Shown: piece after piece, positions 25,026 to 39,954 of the stretch
How positions within the stretch are numbered: the stretch's first letter is position 1
How the letters are laid out: the number at the start of each line of letters is the position of its first letter
DNA from: Octopus vulgaris
Lineage: Eukaryota
Direction: 5' to 3'
DNA length: 64,000 bases
Assembly (NCBI GenBank): GCA_951406725.2
Contig: OX597817.1
Span: forward strand, 159,216,001-159,280,000
Notes under the pieces: model-generated
Told to the model about the DNA's origin: nothing
Seen by the model: the letters and a program-made list of their open reading frames with translations, nothing else
Databases searched by the model: none
Position numbers and translations under genes: made by a program

Positions 25026-25075
25026 GGTGTCAAAAATTATGTAACACTTACCACATGGGTTTGTCCGCTCGTGTA

Positions 25076-25199
<124 letters not shown>

Positions 25200-25453
25200 A
25201 GAATAAAAGAAAATGAAGACGAGTTTTAAAAAAATCAAACAGGATGTGTTAATTTGGTGCACAGGAAAATTAAAAGTCTTTAATGTTTCGAGCATTCGTT
25301 CTTCTGCAGAAAGAATAGACGAGGAGAGATAAAATAGAGAAAGGACAAAAGAAAAAAGGTCTCAATTAGACGACCACCGTCTGCTAAAATGACAGGAAGG
25401 GGAAAAAATTGGCTTGAAGCATTGTACAGGCATACATATATATATATGAGAAT

Positions 25454-25846
25454 GTGGAGGCGCAATGGCCCAGTGGTTAGGGCAGCGGACTCGCGGTCAT
25501 AGGATCGCGGTTTCGATTCCCAGACCGGGCGTTGTGAGTGTTTATTGAGCGAAAACACCTAAAAGCTCCACGAGGCTCCGGCAGGGGGTGGTGGCGATCC
25601 CTGCTGTACTCTTTCACCACAACTTTCTCTCACTCTTACTTCCTATTTCTGTTGTACCTGTATTTCAAGGGGCCGGCCTTGTCACTCTCTGTGTCACGTT
25701 GAATATCTCCGAGAACTACGTTAAGGGTGCACGTGTCTATGGAGTGCTCAGCCACTTACACGTTAATTTCACGAGCAGGCTGTTCCCTTGATCGGGTCAA
25801 CCGGAACCCTCGTCGTCGTAACCGACGGAGTGCTTCCAACAGAAAA
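25454..25846 (+). mobile_element. SINE family B
   Basis: Full length; TSD ATATGAGAATGT. Confidence 0.9.
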
Positions 25847-26136
25847 ATATGAGAATGTTTTTCCAGATCTTGGTTGATAATTTCTTAAGTTACTATTTTG
25901 TCATATGTAATTGTGACATGTGTTTTGTTTATGATCAACTGGTTCGTTTCAATGTTCAGCAGTTTTTATGTTCTGTTCTTGAGGTGACTATAATGATGAT
26001 ATTTCTCTGTTTCCTTAATTTATTTTTTAAATTTCTGTGCCTCGTAGTTATTGGTTTGTAACGGTTAGTGTTTGCAATCTGATGTTTGCATCTGTAACAA
26101 GAAGCAGAGGTAAATTGTAATGGACATACGTGGGAT

Positions 26137-26510
26137 GGAAGCACTCCGTCGGTTACGACGACGAGGGTTCCGGTTGATCCGAATCAACGGAACAGCATGC
26201 TCGTGAAATTAACGTGCAAGTGGCTGAGCACTCCACAGACACGTGTACCCTTAACGTAGTTCTCGGGGATATTCAGCGTGACACAGAGAGTGACAAGGCC
26301 AGCCCTTTGAAATGCAGGTACAACAGAAACAGGAAGTAAGAGTGAGAGAAAGTTGTGGTGAAAGAGTACAGCAGGGATCACCACCATCCCCTGCCGGAGC
26401 CTCGTGGAGCTTTAGGTGTTTTCGCTCAATAAACACTGACAACGCCCGGTCTGGGAATCGAAACCGCGATCCTACGTCCGCGAGTCCGCTGCCCTAACCA
26501 CTGGGCCATT
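26137..26510 (-). mobile_element. SINE family B
   Basis: TSD AATGGACATACGT. Confidence 0.9.
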
Positions 26511-27036
26511 CTATGTCCAATGGACATACGTATTGTGTTAATGTCTCGCTCTTGCATATAGTGTCTTAATTCCCTGGTAGCATCTATATTTAAACGCTGT
26601 TGACACTACCCGATTGAATGGTACTCCCCAGGTGACGAAACCATAATGATATCCACTGGGCGGCTGATGATGGATAGATATGTTTGCTGAGCTTCTTGGC
26701 GGTGAACCTTTTGTATCTAGTATTCGTAGTTGTCTTGCTTTTCGAATTCTTGGCTTTTTATTTGATAAAATTCAATAACTGGTGCAAATTGAAATACACA
26801 GATAGGGGGGTAGGTGAAATGTGTGTGTGTATGTGTACGTGTGCGCGTACGCGCTCGTACGTGTACACACTAAGCCAGACAATACTTCGACATACGCACG
26901 TACGTGTGTGTATACATATATATATATATATGTGTGTGTGTGTACACGTGCACTTTATGTATTTATACATGTATGTATATATGCATCAATCTATATATAT
27001 AAATGCATATACATATATACATACATTCATTTATAT

Positions 27037-27390
27037 ACTCTTTTACTCTTTTATTTGTTTCAGTCATTTGAGCAAATCGAACCCAGGACTTATTCTATCG
27101 GTCTATTTTGCCGAACCGCTAGGTTACGGGGACGTAAACACACCAGCACCGGTTGTCAAGCGATGTTGGGGGACAAACAAAGGCACACAAACATATACAC
27201 ACACATGCATATATATCCACATATATACGACGGGCTTCTTTCAGTTTCCGTCTACCAAATCCACTCACAAGGCTTTGGTCGGCCCGAGGCTATAGTAAAA
27301 GACACTTGCCTAAGGTGCCACGCAGTGGGACTGAACCCGAAACCATGTGGTTCGTAAGCAAGCTACTTATCACACAGCCACTCCTGCGCC
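27037..27390 (-). mobile_element. SINE family A
   Basis: Family A sequence with small deletions. Confidence 0.87.
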
Positions 27391-27416
27391 TATACATATA
27401 GATATATATATATATA

Positions 27417-27497
<81 letters not shown>

Positions 27498-27503
27498 GAT
27501 ATA

Positions 27504-27556
<53 letters not shown>

Positions 27557-28176
27557 TTATATATATATAACTCTTTCTTTCATTCTCTGAGCGTCTTATT
27601 AATACTTTAGATGTATCACGTCCTCGTGTTTTTCTTGTCTTTTTTCTCCGTGTATTTGATTAATTATATATCTGTGTGTGTGTGTCTGTGTCTGTGTATG
27701 TATATGTATATACACATATACACATATATATATATATGTATGTATACACACACACACACACACACACACATACACACATATACAAATGTCGCTTTCAATA
27801 TTCATAATATTTTTAATAAGGGTCAACGCCCTGAGAAAAATGTTGCTCATTATTAGACATCTGGTAGTTAATGACAACCACACCGCTTTGGTGTTTGCTC
27901 AACAAACTAGAAATAACAGTGAAATCACCCTCAGATTACTCTCCCGTTGTCGTAAATAAACGACATATTAGATGATGTTGTCCTAGATATTCTGTAGAAA
28001 GACAGTATAAACAAAAGGAATGGCATTAACCATTAGGTCAGCCCTGATCGAGCTGAAAAGGGGCTAAACTACTACTACTACTACTACAACTACTACTACT
28101 GCTGCTGCTGCTAACACTGCTGTTACTACTGCTGATTCTATCAATTGAAATTACAGAACTGTTAGTGTTACCAAAG

Positions 28177-28420
28177 TGGAGGCGCGTGGCTTAGTGGTTA
28201 GGGGTGTCAGCATGATGATCGTAAATATTGTGGTTTCGATTCCTGGACCGGGTGTTCTTGAGCAAAACACTTCATGTCATTTTGCTCCAGTCCACTCAGT
28301 TGCCAAAAATGAGTAACGCTGCGATGGACTGGCATCTCGTCCAGCTGGGGAAGGGAACACATACACCATAAAAACCGAGAAACCGGGCCCATGAGCCTGG
28401 CTAGGCTTTAAAAGGGCGCT
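28177..28420 (+). mobile_element. SINE family D
   Basis: tRNA-like head GGCGCGTGGCTTAGTGGTTAG, B-box-like GGTTTCGATTCC. Confidence 0.8.
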
Positions 28421-28564
28421 AGAGCAAAAGAGTGTTACTAAAACGGAGTTAGTTAAGTATTACCGTTCTTTTTTATTTATCTCTTGTTTCAGTCATTAGA
28501 CTGCAGCCATGCTGAGGTACCACCTTCAAGAATTTTTAGTCGAATGAATCAACCCTAGGTCTTC

Positions 28565-28623
<59 letters not shown>

Positions 28624-28879
28624 AAGCCTGGTACTTATTCTATCGGACCCTTTTGCCGAACCACTAAGTCACGGGGATGTAAACACACCAATTCCAGTTG
28701 TCAAGCGATGATGGGGGTCACACAGGCACACAGTGTGTGTGCGTGTGATTGTGTGTGTGTGTGTGTGTGTGTATAAGACCCACCAACAACAATTTAGTCA
28801 AGGAGACACGCTGACCATAACAGAATTGATATCTTAAAACCAAGGTATCACATAAAAAAGCATCCAGTACTCTCACTCT

Positions 28880-29042
28880 GTACAGTGGTTGGCGTCAGGA
28901 AGGGTATCCAGCTGTAGAAACCAAGTGAAACCAAAAGCTATGGTACCTGGTGCGGCCCCTTGGTCTTGTCAGTTCCTGTCAAGCCGTCCAACCCACAACC
29001 CATGCCAGCATGGAAAACAGACGTTGAATGATGATGATGATG
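28880..29042 (+). mobile_element. Family E retroposon 3' fragment
   Basis: GGTTGGCGTCAGGAAGGG...ACGTTGAATGATGATG. Confidence 0.7.
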
Positions 29043-29047
29043 TAGCT

Positions 29048-29335
29048 CAGGGGTTCTCAACCATTTTTTTTTTATGGACCCTTTTGATTGCTATTTTATT
29101 CTGGTGGACCCCCATAACCATTCGATGTTTTATAGATACTCCTTTCAAAATTCCTTTTTTTTTTTTTTTTTGCTTTTCATATATCAACCTGCATAGACTG
29201 AACTATGTAAAACGTTTGAGAAAGAAACCTAGCTGTTTCTTGCAAATCTTTTTCAGGGGCTCTTAAAATACTATTGTGGATCACCAATTTCCTATTTTGT
29301 TTCGTGGACCCCACAAAAATTTTATATGGGCCCCA
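29048..29335. mobile_element. hAT (Charlie)-like MITE remnant
   Basis: CAGGGGTTCTCAACC terminus and repeated TGGACCC subterminal motifs; relatives at 43152, 44520 and 57820. Confidence 0.6.
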
Positions 29336-29499
29336 GATATAGCTGATGATGTAGCAGATGACGTGCTAACTGAATCGTTAGCACACCGGAAAAAAAATTG
29401 CTCGTTGGAATTTCCTCTGAGTTCAAATGCCACCGACGTCGACTTTGCCCTTTTATCGTTTCGGGAAATGTGGTTTAAAGGCACGAAACACGTGTTGTC

Positions 29500-30025
29500 A
29501 TGACCTCTCTTCACCACATCTGACCTCTATCGCTGACAGCATGAAAAAGAGCGAAGACCTGTGAAGCAAGTGAAATCGAAATTGAAATCAAATTCGATGA
29601 CTGGCATACGAGTGAGATCGTTGCCAGAGCAACAAGCTGGCCTCCGTGCCGATGGCACATTAAAAAGCACCATTTCAGCATGATCGTTACCTGCGTCGCC
29701 TTACTGGCACTTGTGCTGGTGGCACGTGAAAAAACATTTGAGCAAGGTCGTTGCCAGTGCCACTGTACTGGCTCCTGTGCAGGTGGCACATAAAAAGCAC
29801 CATTTGAGTGTGGCCATTGCCAGTACCGCCTGACTGGCCCTCGTGCCTGTGGTACGTAAAAACACCCACTACACTCTCGGAGTGGTTGGCGTTAGGAAGG
29901 GGCATCAAGCTGTAGAAACTCTGCCAGATCAGATTGGAGTCTGGTGCAGCCATCTGGTTCGCCAGACTTCAGTCAAATCGTCCAACCCATGCTAGCATGG
30001 AAAGCAGACGTTAAACGATGATGAT
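29500..30025 (+). mobile_element. Family E retroposon with internal ~60-bp degenerate repeats
   Basis: TGGCAC..AAAAAGCACC unit x4; (GAT)n tail. Confidence 0.72.
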
Positions 30026-30227
30026 ATGATTGAATTTGTCTTTCATCCTTTCAGGGTCGATAAAATACCTACTAGTTAAAGCACTGGGGTCGACATAAAC
30101 GACTAACCCCTTCGTCTAAATCTGCTGGCCTTCAGCTAAAACTTGAAACCCTTATCAGTGGTGAGGATAACCAGTATTGAAACCAATGATAATAATGGTT
30201 AATTGTGATGATGTTATTGTCAATGGA

Positions 30228-30229
30228 AT

Positions 30230-30264
<35 letters not shown>

Positions 30265-30351
30265 TACAGCCGCAGGAGTAGTAGTTGTAGTAGTTGCAGC
30301 AGCAGCAGTAGTAGTAGTAGTAGTAGCACCAGCAGCAGCAGTAGTAACAAC

Positions 30352-30407
<56 letters not shown>

Positions 30408-30567
30408 AAGTAGTAGTTGCAGCAGCAGCAGTAGTAACAACAGCAGCAGTAGTAATAGTTGTAACAGCAGCAGCAGCAGTAGCAGTAGAAGTAGTACTAG
30501 TAGTTGCACCAGCAGCAGTAGCAGCAGCAGTAGCAGCAGCAGCTGCAGCTGCAGCAGTAGCAGCAGC

Positions 30568-30609
<42 letters not shown>
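30228..30609. repeat. (AGT)n/(AGC)n trinucleotide repeat
   Basis: Seen directly. Confidence 0.95.
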
Positions 30610-30610
<1 letters not shown>

Positions 30611-30916
30611 TGTGGTGTTTGTGGAATGTGGCACACCTGGCTGCTTAATAGATATTTGTTGACAAAAAAATACAAAAAATACCTCTCAATCTGAAGACCC
30701 AACGACATCAACATCTGCTTCAACAACAAAACTTTCTATTCTCAAAGGCCCCAACTTTAAGACTCATTTTGCACGCAAAATTTTGTTCTCTGCGTTTCGA
30801 GATGTTTTTTTTTGTCGTTACTTATTTCATTTTTAACTCAATATTTCACAGTTGAGTGTGTTATCCTCACACCAGAAATGTTGAACCTAGTTTGTTCTGT
30901 CTATTTGTCTATCTAG

Positions 30917-31094
<178 letters not shown>

Positions 31095-31556
31095 GGCAGC
31101 TGCATCGAACTCTCTCATGCACCAAATGGCAATTGCTGAAAAGCATTCGTGAAGTAAAATCATGTAGCAACACCAAATGGCGGTGCCCCACCATGTACAC
31201 AGCTCGTGAGCTGAAACTAGATAAAATAAAAAAAAATAATATATATATATATATATGTCCTAATGCTCGAAATGCGGAGTTGATAAAACAGTGGACAACT
31301 GATGAAGGGATTGTTCTTTATGTTGCCTGTCTTGTTTTTCTATTTGTTCCTTTCGTTGTTCGCAAAAAATTTCGTTTTTCATGTGGTTTACGTTTTTTGA
31401 CGTCCTGTACATTTATATATGCATGTGTATATACATATATATGTAGGTACATGTATGTATGTATATATATGCATATATATATATATATATATTATTTACA
31501 TTATTGTATGATTGAACGCCACGCATCCATTTCCAAGTAAGTTTTATCTATATCTA

Positions 31557-32389
<833 letters not shown>

Positions 32390-32620
32390 CAGCAATCCCT
32401 CGCCATATCGCGGTTCACCTAACGCTGTTTAATATTTAAGCTTAAGTTGATTCCTCTGTGGAGCTGTTTTGCACTTATATTTATAATAAAATAAATATAT
32501 ATAAATTATTTTAAAATACGATAAAAAAATATACAGTACAGTACTGTTTCTACTACGCGGAATTTCACCCATCGCGATGGGTTTTCGAACATAACAACTG
32601 CGATAGTCGAGGGATTACTG
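32390..32620. mobile_element. Tigger-like MITE
   Basis: TA|CAGCAATCCCTCG...CGAGGGATTACTG|TA. Confidence 0.85.
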
Positions 32621-33127
32621 TATCTGTCTATCATGTATCTATCTATCTTTTCCTCCCACCATCTCTCACTCCTTCCACCCTCTCTCTCTCTCCCTCTCTC
32701 TTAATCTCCAACACAACCGAAGTATTTTTATGCCTTATAAGCTTCTAGATCACCTTATGTGTTTCTCAATTAATTTTGCCCTTTTGTTATTTTATCTATT
32801 TTTGTTTTGATGAGACGGGTTCAAGCACACTTTATTATTTCTAATCTGACATTATCTCTGTGTGGAATATTTGAACTTCTCAGAATTGTTCTTGTTACTG
32901 CTGCTGCTGCTGTTGTTGTTGTTGTTGTTTCTGTTTTTATTGTTGTTATGCGTTGTTGTTTATCCCCATGCCAGTGATACTGTGATTGTACGAGATAAAA
33001 ATCAACAGGCATGGAGGATCAACTTGATAAGGTATTTTTTGAGATGTCGGTATCAAGAAATTCAAAATAAACCACTTACAGTTGTTGAGAATAGACACCT
33101 GTTTCGTTGATGAAATCCTCATATACA

Positions 33128-33299
33128 GGCGCAGGCTGGTTCTGGCGTGGCTGTGTGGTAAGGAACTTGCTTCCCAATCGCATCGTTCTGGGTTCAGTTC
33201 AGCTGCATGGCACCTTGAGCAAATATTTTCTACTAAAGTCTCTCGGACCGACCAACACCTTGTGAGTGGATTTAGTTGATGGAAACTGAAGGAAGCCAG

Positions 33300-33391
<92 letters not shown>

Positions 33392-33545
33392 TGTGTATGT
33401 GTGTGTTTACGTTCTCGTGACTTAACAGTTCGGAAAAGACAATAGGTACGAGGTGTCAATAAAAATGTAACTGGGGTTTGGCTAAAATCCTTCGAGGTGG
33501 TGCCCCAGCTAGGCCGCAGTCTAATGACTGAGACAAGTAAAAGAT
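33128..33545 (+). mobile_element. Diverged SINE family A
   Basis: Head, internal (GT)n and tail recognisable. Confidence 0.7.
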
Positions 33546-33880
33546 AAAACAATAAGTTAAACTTTGGGACATCGGAGTAAAGGCATTTTACCTGGCCCTT
33601 CGCGCTCTGAGCTCTAATCTCACCGAAGTCAACTTTACCTTCCATCCTTTCAGGGTCGATAAGATAAAGTACTAATTAAGTACTAAGGTCGATATAATAA
33701 ACTTGTCCTCTCTCCTCAAAACTGCTGACCTTGTGCCAAAATTTGATACCATCATTATATGAGGAACGGTTCTTCTCAAGACAGCATTTATAGCAGAAAA
33801 ATTGTTCTGTACTTTTTCAAAGACTGGGGTGTCTAAGAAAGTTGTTTTCTTTTAAACGACCATAGTTATTATTATTACTA

Positions 33881-33948
<68 letters not shown>

Positions 33949-34507
33949 GAGTGAGAGAGCAGTGCATGCCATCAAAGTAACACTGGGGTAAAATATACGA
34001 AGCCCAGTATACCCATCATGACGACCCGTCTGATAAGGGTACGCCAGGCACATGCATCACAACCATATGTGCACCACATTGTGATCTCATATCAAGATAA
34101 ACAGCACATGACCTTGCAGGTGGGGCCCAGTTAGAATTTTCTTCTGGTCGAGTAGCCCATCCCGCTCAAAAGGTCCCTGAATAAGGGTTGTTTAAGGATG
34201 TTGAACGAAACACCCATGTTTCCAGAGGTGAATAATCCAAACCCCAAAGAATCCCTTTCAACACATGGCTATGATGCTCCCCCACTACTTCTGCTCGTGA
34301 TCAGAGATGCACATATCGTCAGCCACAAAGGGACATGCTCAACTGGTTAAGGTCAAACAACTGACAAGCAAATCTGTGGTATTGAGCAGAATATTTGCTG
34401 TAGCCCATCTTTTTATACCAAGACAAAACAATGTACATGATAACACTTCCAATCAGTTAAGATCAGAAACCACGAGAGCCACTGCCTGGTACTGCATCGG
34501 GGCATTT
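33949..34507 (-). mobile_element. Non-coding interspersed element embedded in (ATT)n
   Basis: (ATT)n on both sides; diverged partial copy at 45545-45770; strand tentative. Confidence 0.6.
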
Positions 34508-34517
34508 ATTATTATTA

Positions 34518-34609
<92 letters not shown>

Positions 34610-34611
34610 GG

Positions 34612-35010
34612 TAAGGCGGCGAGCTGGCAGAATCGTTAGCACGCCGGGCGAAATGCTGAGCGGTATTTCGTCTGCCGCTTCTTTCCGAGTTCAAATTCCG
34701 CCGTGGTTGACTTTGCCTTTCATCCTTTCGGGGTCGATTAAATAAGTACCAGTTACGCACTGGGGTCGATATAATCGACTTAATCCATCCGTTTGTCTGT
34801 CCTTGTTTGTTCTCTCTGTGTTTAGCCCCTTGTGGGTCGTAAAGAAATAGGTATTTCGTCTGTCGCAACGTTTTGAGTTCAAATTTCGCCGTGGTCGACT
34901 GTGCCTCTCATCCTTTCGGGGTCGATAAATTAAGTACCAGTTGAAGACTGGGGTCGAAGTAATCGACACATCCCTCCAAAATGGCTGCCCTTGTGGAAAA
35001 ATTTGAAACC
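34612..35010 (+). mobile_element. SINE family C dimer
   Basis: Head plus two units, the second with a variant tail. Confidence 0.85.
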
Positions 35011-35514
35011 ATCATTACCATTATTGATCCAGTAGAATCGTTACTAATTGATATTTCTTTCAGACATCACCGAGGTCGACTTTGCCTTTTATCCTTTCAG
35101 GATCGATAAAAAAAAAAGTAGCAGTTGATGTAATCGACTTATCCCCTCCCCCGAAAATGCTAACCTTGTGCGAAAATTCTGAAATGATTATTATGAGACA
35201 CCCTAAGGCAGCAACATGGAAGAGTCGTTAGCACGCCGGGCGAAATGCTTAGCGGCATTTCGTCCGTCTTTATGTTTCGAGTTCAAATTCCACCGTGATC
35301 TATTTTGCATTTCATCCTTTCGGGATCGATAAGTTGAACACAGGTGTCAATGTAATCGACTGACCCGTCCTTCGAAACTGCTGGCCTTGTACCAAAGTTT
35401 GAAAATATTATCACACAAAACCACAACACTATCACCAACAAACGCTATCAATCACTCCAACGGTATCAACCCCATAGCACTATCATTACGACAACACTTT
35501 TGTCGTTTGTTCCT

Positions 35515-35807
35515 TCTCGAGCGACGCCTGGCTCATAGGGCTAGTTTCCCGGTTTCCTTGACGTATAGGTTCCCCACCTGGACGGGACGCCGGTCCGTCG
35601 CAGGTGAGCTGGAAGATGCAGGAGGAAAGAGTGAGAGAAAGTTATGGCAAAAGAGTCAGCAGAAGTTTGCCATTATCTTCTGTCGGAGCCGCGTGGAGCT
35701 TAGGGCGTTTTCGTTCATAAACACACACATCGCCTGGTCTGAGAATAGAAACCGCTATCCCTCGACCACGAGTCCGCTGCTCTAACCACTAGACCGTTTG
35801 CCTCCAC
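35515..35807 (-). mobile_element. SINE family B variant
   Basis: Reverse-complement match to 59335-59612. Confidence 0.8.
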
Positions 35808-36090
35808 ACAACATTATCCCGCCCCCCCAACTTGAACACTATTATCTTCGAAGACTATCATTGCAACATTATCACCAACAGCCACAACATTATCACCACC
35901 AAAGTATTATGACTGTGATAATATTTCTGTCACCATCGAACAGTATCAAGTACCAGTCGAGCGCTAGGATCGATGACATCGAATATCCCTCCCCAACAAA
36001 ATCCCAGCCATTGTACCTGTAACTGAAATGACTATTGTAAGGCACCTTGTATTTGATATTTTCACATCATATATTATTATAAGTATTACC

Positions 36091-36308
36091 CTCTTTTACT
36101 CTTTTACTTGTTTCAGTCATTTGACTGCGGCCATGCTGGAGCACCGCCTTTAATCGAGCAACTCGACCCCAGAACTTATTCTTTGTAAGCCCAGTACTTA
36201 TTCTATCGGTCTCTTTTGCCGAACCGCTATGTTACGGGGACATAAACACACCAGCATCGGTTGTCAAGCAATGCTAGGGGAACAAACACAGACACTCAAA
36301 CACACACA

Positions 36309-36357
<49 letters not shown>

Positions 36358-36520
36358 GACGGGCTTCTTTCAGTTTCCGTCTGCCAAATCCACTCACAAG
36401 GCTTTGGTCGGCCCGAGGTTATTGTAGAAGACACTTGCCCAAGGTGCCACGCAGTGGGACTGAACCCGGAACCATGTGGTTGGTAAACAAGCTACTTACC
36501 ACACAACCACGCCTACGCCT
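36091..36520 (-). mobile_element. SINE family A, full length
   Basis: Complete copy; short TSD TACCCTC. Confidence 0.9.
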
Positions 36521-36791
36521 ATACCCTCAATATTTTTTGAGTAGAAGGAATAATAGTGCAGTGACTAAATCAAGTGGTTAACGTGATTAAGTTCAGGACA
36601 GCTGACTTTGCCTTTTAATCCACCGAAGACGATAAAACGTCGTCTATCAGCTCACATGCTCTTTCGAATCACTGAACTATATTTACACAGCACTTCCTTA
36701 CAGATGTGTCACTTTGTACCAAAAAAGAAATCCTCCTTCTCTTCTTGAACTGGAAGTACACGTGCGCGCACGCACGCACGCGCACGCACGT

Positions 36792-36831
<40 letters not shown>

Positions 36832-36847
36832 CTTTCTTCTTCTTTCA

Positions 36848-37226
36848 GCACTCCGTCGGTTACGACGATGAGGGTTCCGTTTGATCCGAATCAACGGAAC
36901 AGCCTGCTCGTGAAATTAACGTGTAAGTGGCTGAGCACTCCACAGACACGTGCACCCTTAACGCAGTTCTCGGGGATATTCAGCGTGACACAGAGAGTGA
37001 CAAGGCCGGCCCTTTGAAATACAGGTACAACAGAAACAGGAAGTAAGAGTGAGAGAAAGTTGTGGTGAAAAAGTACAGCAGGGATCACCACCATCCCCTG
37101 CCGGAGCCTCGTGGAGCTTTTAGGTGTTTTCGCTCAATAAACACTCGCAACGCCCGGTCTGGGAATCGAAACCGCGATCCTATGACCGCGAGTCCGCTGC
37201 CCTAACCACTGGGCCATTGCGCCTCT
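36848..37226 (-). mobile_element. SINE family B
   Basis: Full-length match to the family. Confidence 0.9.
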
Positions 37227-37249
37227 ACACACACACACACACACACACA

Positions 37250-37457
37250 CCACGCCGGGCAAAATGCGTAGCCGTATTTCGTCTGCCGGTACGTTCTGAG
37301 TTCAAATTCCGTCGAGGTCGACTTTGCCTTTCATCCTTTCGGGGGTCGATAAATTAAATACCAGTTACACACTGGGGTCGAAATGATCGACTTAATCCGT
37401 TTGTCTGTCCTTGCTTGTCCCCTCTATGTTTAGCCCCATGTGGGCAGTAAAGAAATA
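37250..37457 (+). mobile_element. SINE family C, 5'-truncated
   Basis: One unit. Confidence 0.85.
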
Positions 37458-38351
37458 TATAATTTATGAACACGACTGACATAAACACTTTTCCTCTCCT
37501 CGTATACATAAACAGGAGACAGAAAGAAAGGAAAGAATGAGAGAGAGAGAGAGAGAGAGAGAGTCAGACAGACAGACAAACAGATAGAGAGAAATAGAAA
37601 AAAAAAGAAAGAAAGGAAGAAAGAAAGAAACATTAAATCGAGAAAAGTATATAAATTAGTTCAGATATATCTGAGACATATTTGATTTGTACAAAGGCCG
37701 TAGTCACTGCTGTTTGACATTGAGAAGAATTCTTGTTTTAGGGAGTCAGTGTAAAATAACACCAAGAGTCATTTCAAGGCGCCCTCTGGCGGAGCATTGA
37801 ATGCATCTCTAGGTTCTTGGCTATCATCTGTACCTTATACCGCATGATAGATAACCCTGAAATGACTTTGGAAACCCTCGCTTCAAAGTTGTCTCTCTTG
37901 GCATTTTAAAACACCTATTGCCTAAAGCGAGAATTCTTCTCAACGACCAGCAGCAATGAATATGGCCTTTGTACAGGTGAAATATGCCCCAAATACATTT
38001 GAACTAATCTAAATGTTTGTGTACTCGCAGCATTGCTCTTACGAAAACTACAATATTAAAACGAGAAAAATACTAAAACGTCTGATGACAAATAAATCAG
38101 TGTTCAAACAGCGACGCCAAATGGGCTGTGCCAAAACGGCTGTGCCAAAACGGCTGCGCCAAAACGTCTCCTACCTCAATGATCAAAGGCATGTCAGCCG
38201 TAACAACCCTGCCTTTTATTCTGACTATGAGTGGTCAAATGGTTAAGGTACTAGGCTCACGATCATAAGCCGATGCTTTCTATTACTCGATCAAGTGGCA
38301 CGATGATTCCTTGAGCAAGTCACTTTATTTCACGTTGTTCTAATCTGCTCG

Positions 38352-38731
38352 GCGTAACTGGGACTTATTTAATCGACCCCGAAAGGATGATAGGCAAAGT
38401 CAACCTCGGCGGAATTTGAACCCAGAACGTAAGCGGCAGACGAAATACTGCTAAGCATTTCGCCCGGTGTGTTAACGAGTCTTATTTCTTTATTGCTCAC
38501 AAGGGACTAAATATAGAGGGGACTAAATATAGAGGGGACAAACAAGGACAGACAAAGGGATTAAGTAGATTATATCGACCCCAGTGCGTAACTGGTACTT
38601 ATTTAATCGACCCCTAAAGGATGAAAGGCAAAGTCGACCTCGGTGGAATTTGAACTCAGAACGTAACGGCAGACGAAATACTGCTAAGCATTTCGCCCGG
38701 CGTGCTAACGTTTCTGCCAGCTCATCGCCTT
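38352..38731 (-). mobile_element. SINE family C partial dimer
   Basis: Two units; the second re-enters at the AGA(A)TCGTTA position of the head. Confidence 0.82.
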
Positions 38732-39427
38732 TTGTGATAGTATTATTGTGGTGATGAAAGTTTTGTTGCTGTGATAGTATTTTTGTGGTGGTAGCGTGGT
38801 TGTTGGTGATAATGTTGAGACGGTGGTGCTATTGTAGTAGTTGACAGTGTTATTACAGTGATAGTTTTGGGGAAAGTTGATAGCATTCTTATGTTTCATA
38901 GTATTGTGGTATTTGATAATGTTGCAACGGTGATAGTTTTTACGATGGTAATACTATTTTGATGACTAATAGTGTTTGTGGTTCGTGGTGATAATGTCGT
39001 TGTGACAATAATACTGTTGCGATGGTGATGATTGTGTTTGACGTGGCTTGACAGTGTTGCAATTATAATACTGTTGCGATGGTTTATAGTGCTGTGGCGG
39101 TTGATAAGCGGCTGTGTGGTTTTGCGTGATAATGCTGTTTCGATGGTGATAGTGTTAGTATGTGGAGGAGGACACCGTTCATAATTGACAGAGTTCAGTG
39201 AATGCTGCGTCATCAGGAACTATTAGATGAAGCAGCAGGTGGCACTTAACAGATTCTTTCTGATCAAGTGTTTGATGTTTACAAAATAAATAAATAAATG
39301 AATACATAAATCAAAGAATAAATGGCGGCAGCGGCGGCGGCGGTGGCGATGGTGGTGGCGGTGGTGGTGGGTAGCGGGGGCGGGAGAGGGGGAAATTATC
39401 GATTGTTTTCTTTTTTATATGCAAGTT

Positions 39428-39856
39428 GTGTGTGTGTGTGTGTGTGTATGTATTCGTGTTTGTGTTCGTGTGCGTGCGTGTATGTGCGTGTGTGTGCGTG
39501 TGTGTGTGTGTGCGTGTGTGTGTATGCATGTGTGTATGTGCGTGTGTGTGTGTTCATGTGCGTGTGTGTGTGTGTGTGTTCGTGTGCGTGCGTGTGTGCG
39601 TGTATGTGCGTGTGTGTGTGTGTGCGTGTGTGTGCGTGCGTGTGTGCGTGTATGTGTGTGCGTGTGTGCGCGAGTGTGTGTATGTGCATGTGTGTGTGTG
39701 TGTGTGCATGTGTGTGTGTGTGCGCGAGTGTGTGTGTGTGTGCGTGTGCGTGTGTGTGTGTGTGTATGTGCATGTGTGTGTGTGCGTGCGTGTGTGTGTG
39801 TGTGTGCGTGTGTGCGCGAGTGTGTGTGTGTGTGTTTGTGTTTGTCTGTGCGTGCG
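39428..39856. repeat. Degenerate (GT)n/(GCGT)n tract
   Basis: Alternating purine-pyrimidine sequence. Confidence 0.95.
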
Positions 39857-39954
39857 TCCATAGATATTTTTTTTTCCTATATATTCTCTACCTCCTGCTT
39901 CTCGCTGAAGAGCAATTTTAGAGAAGGAACCCTTAAAAATAGGTTAATGGTACC

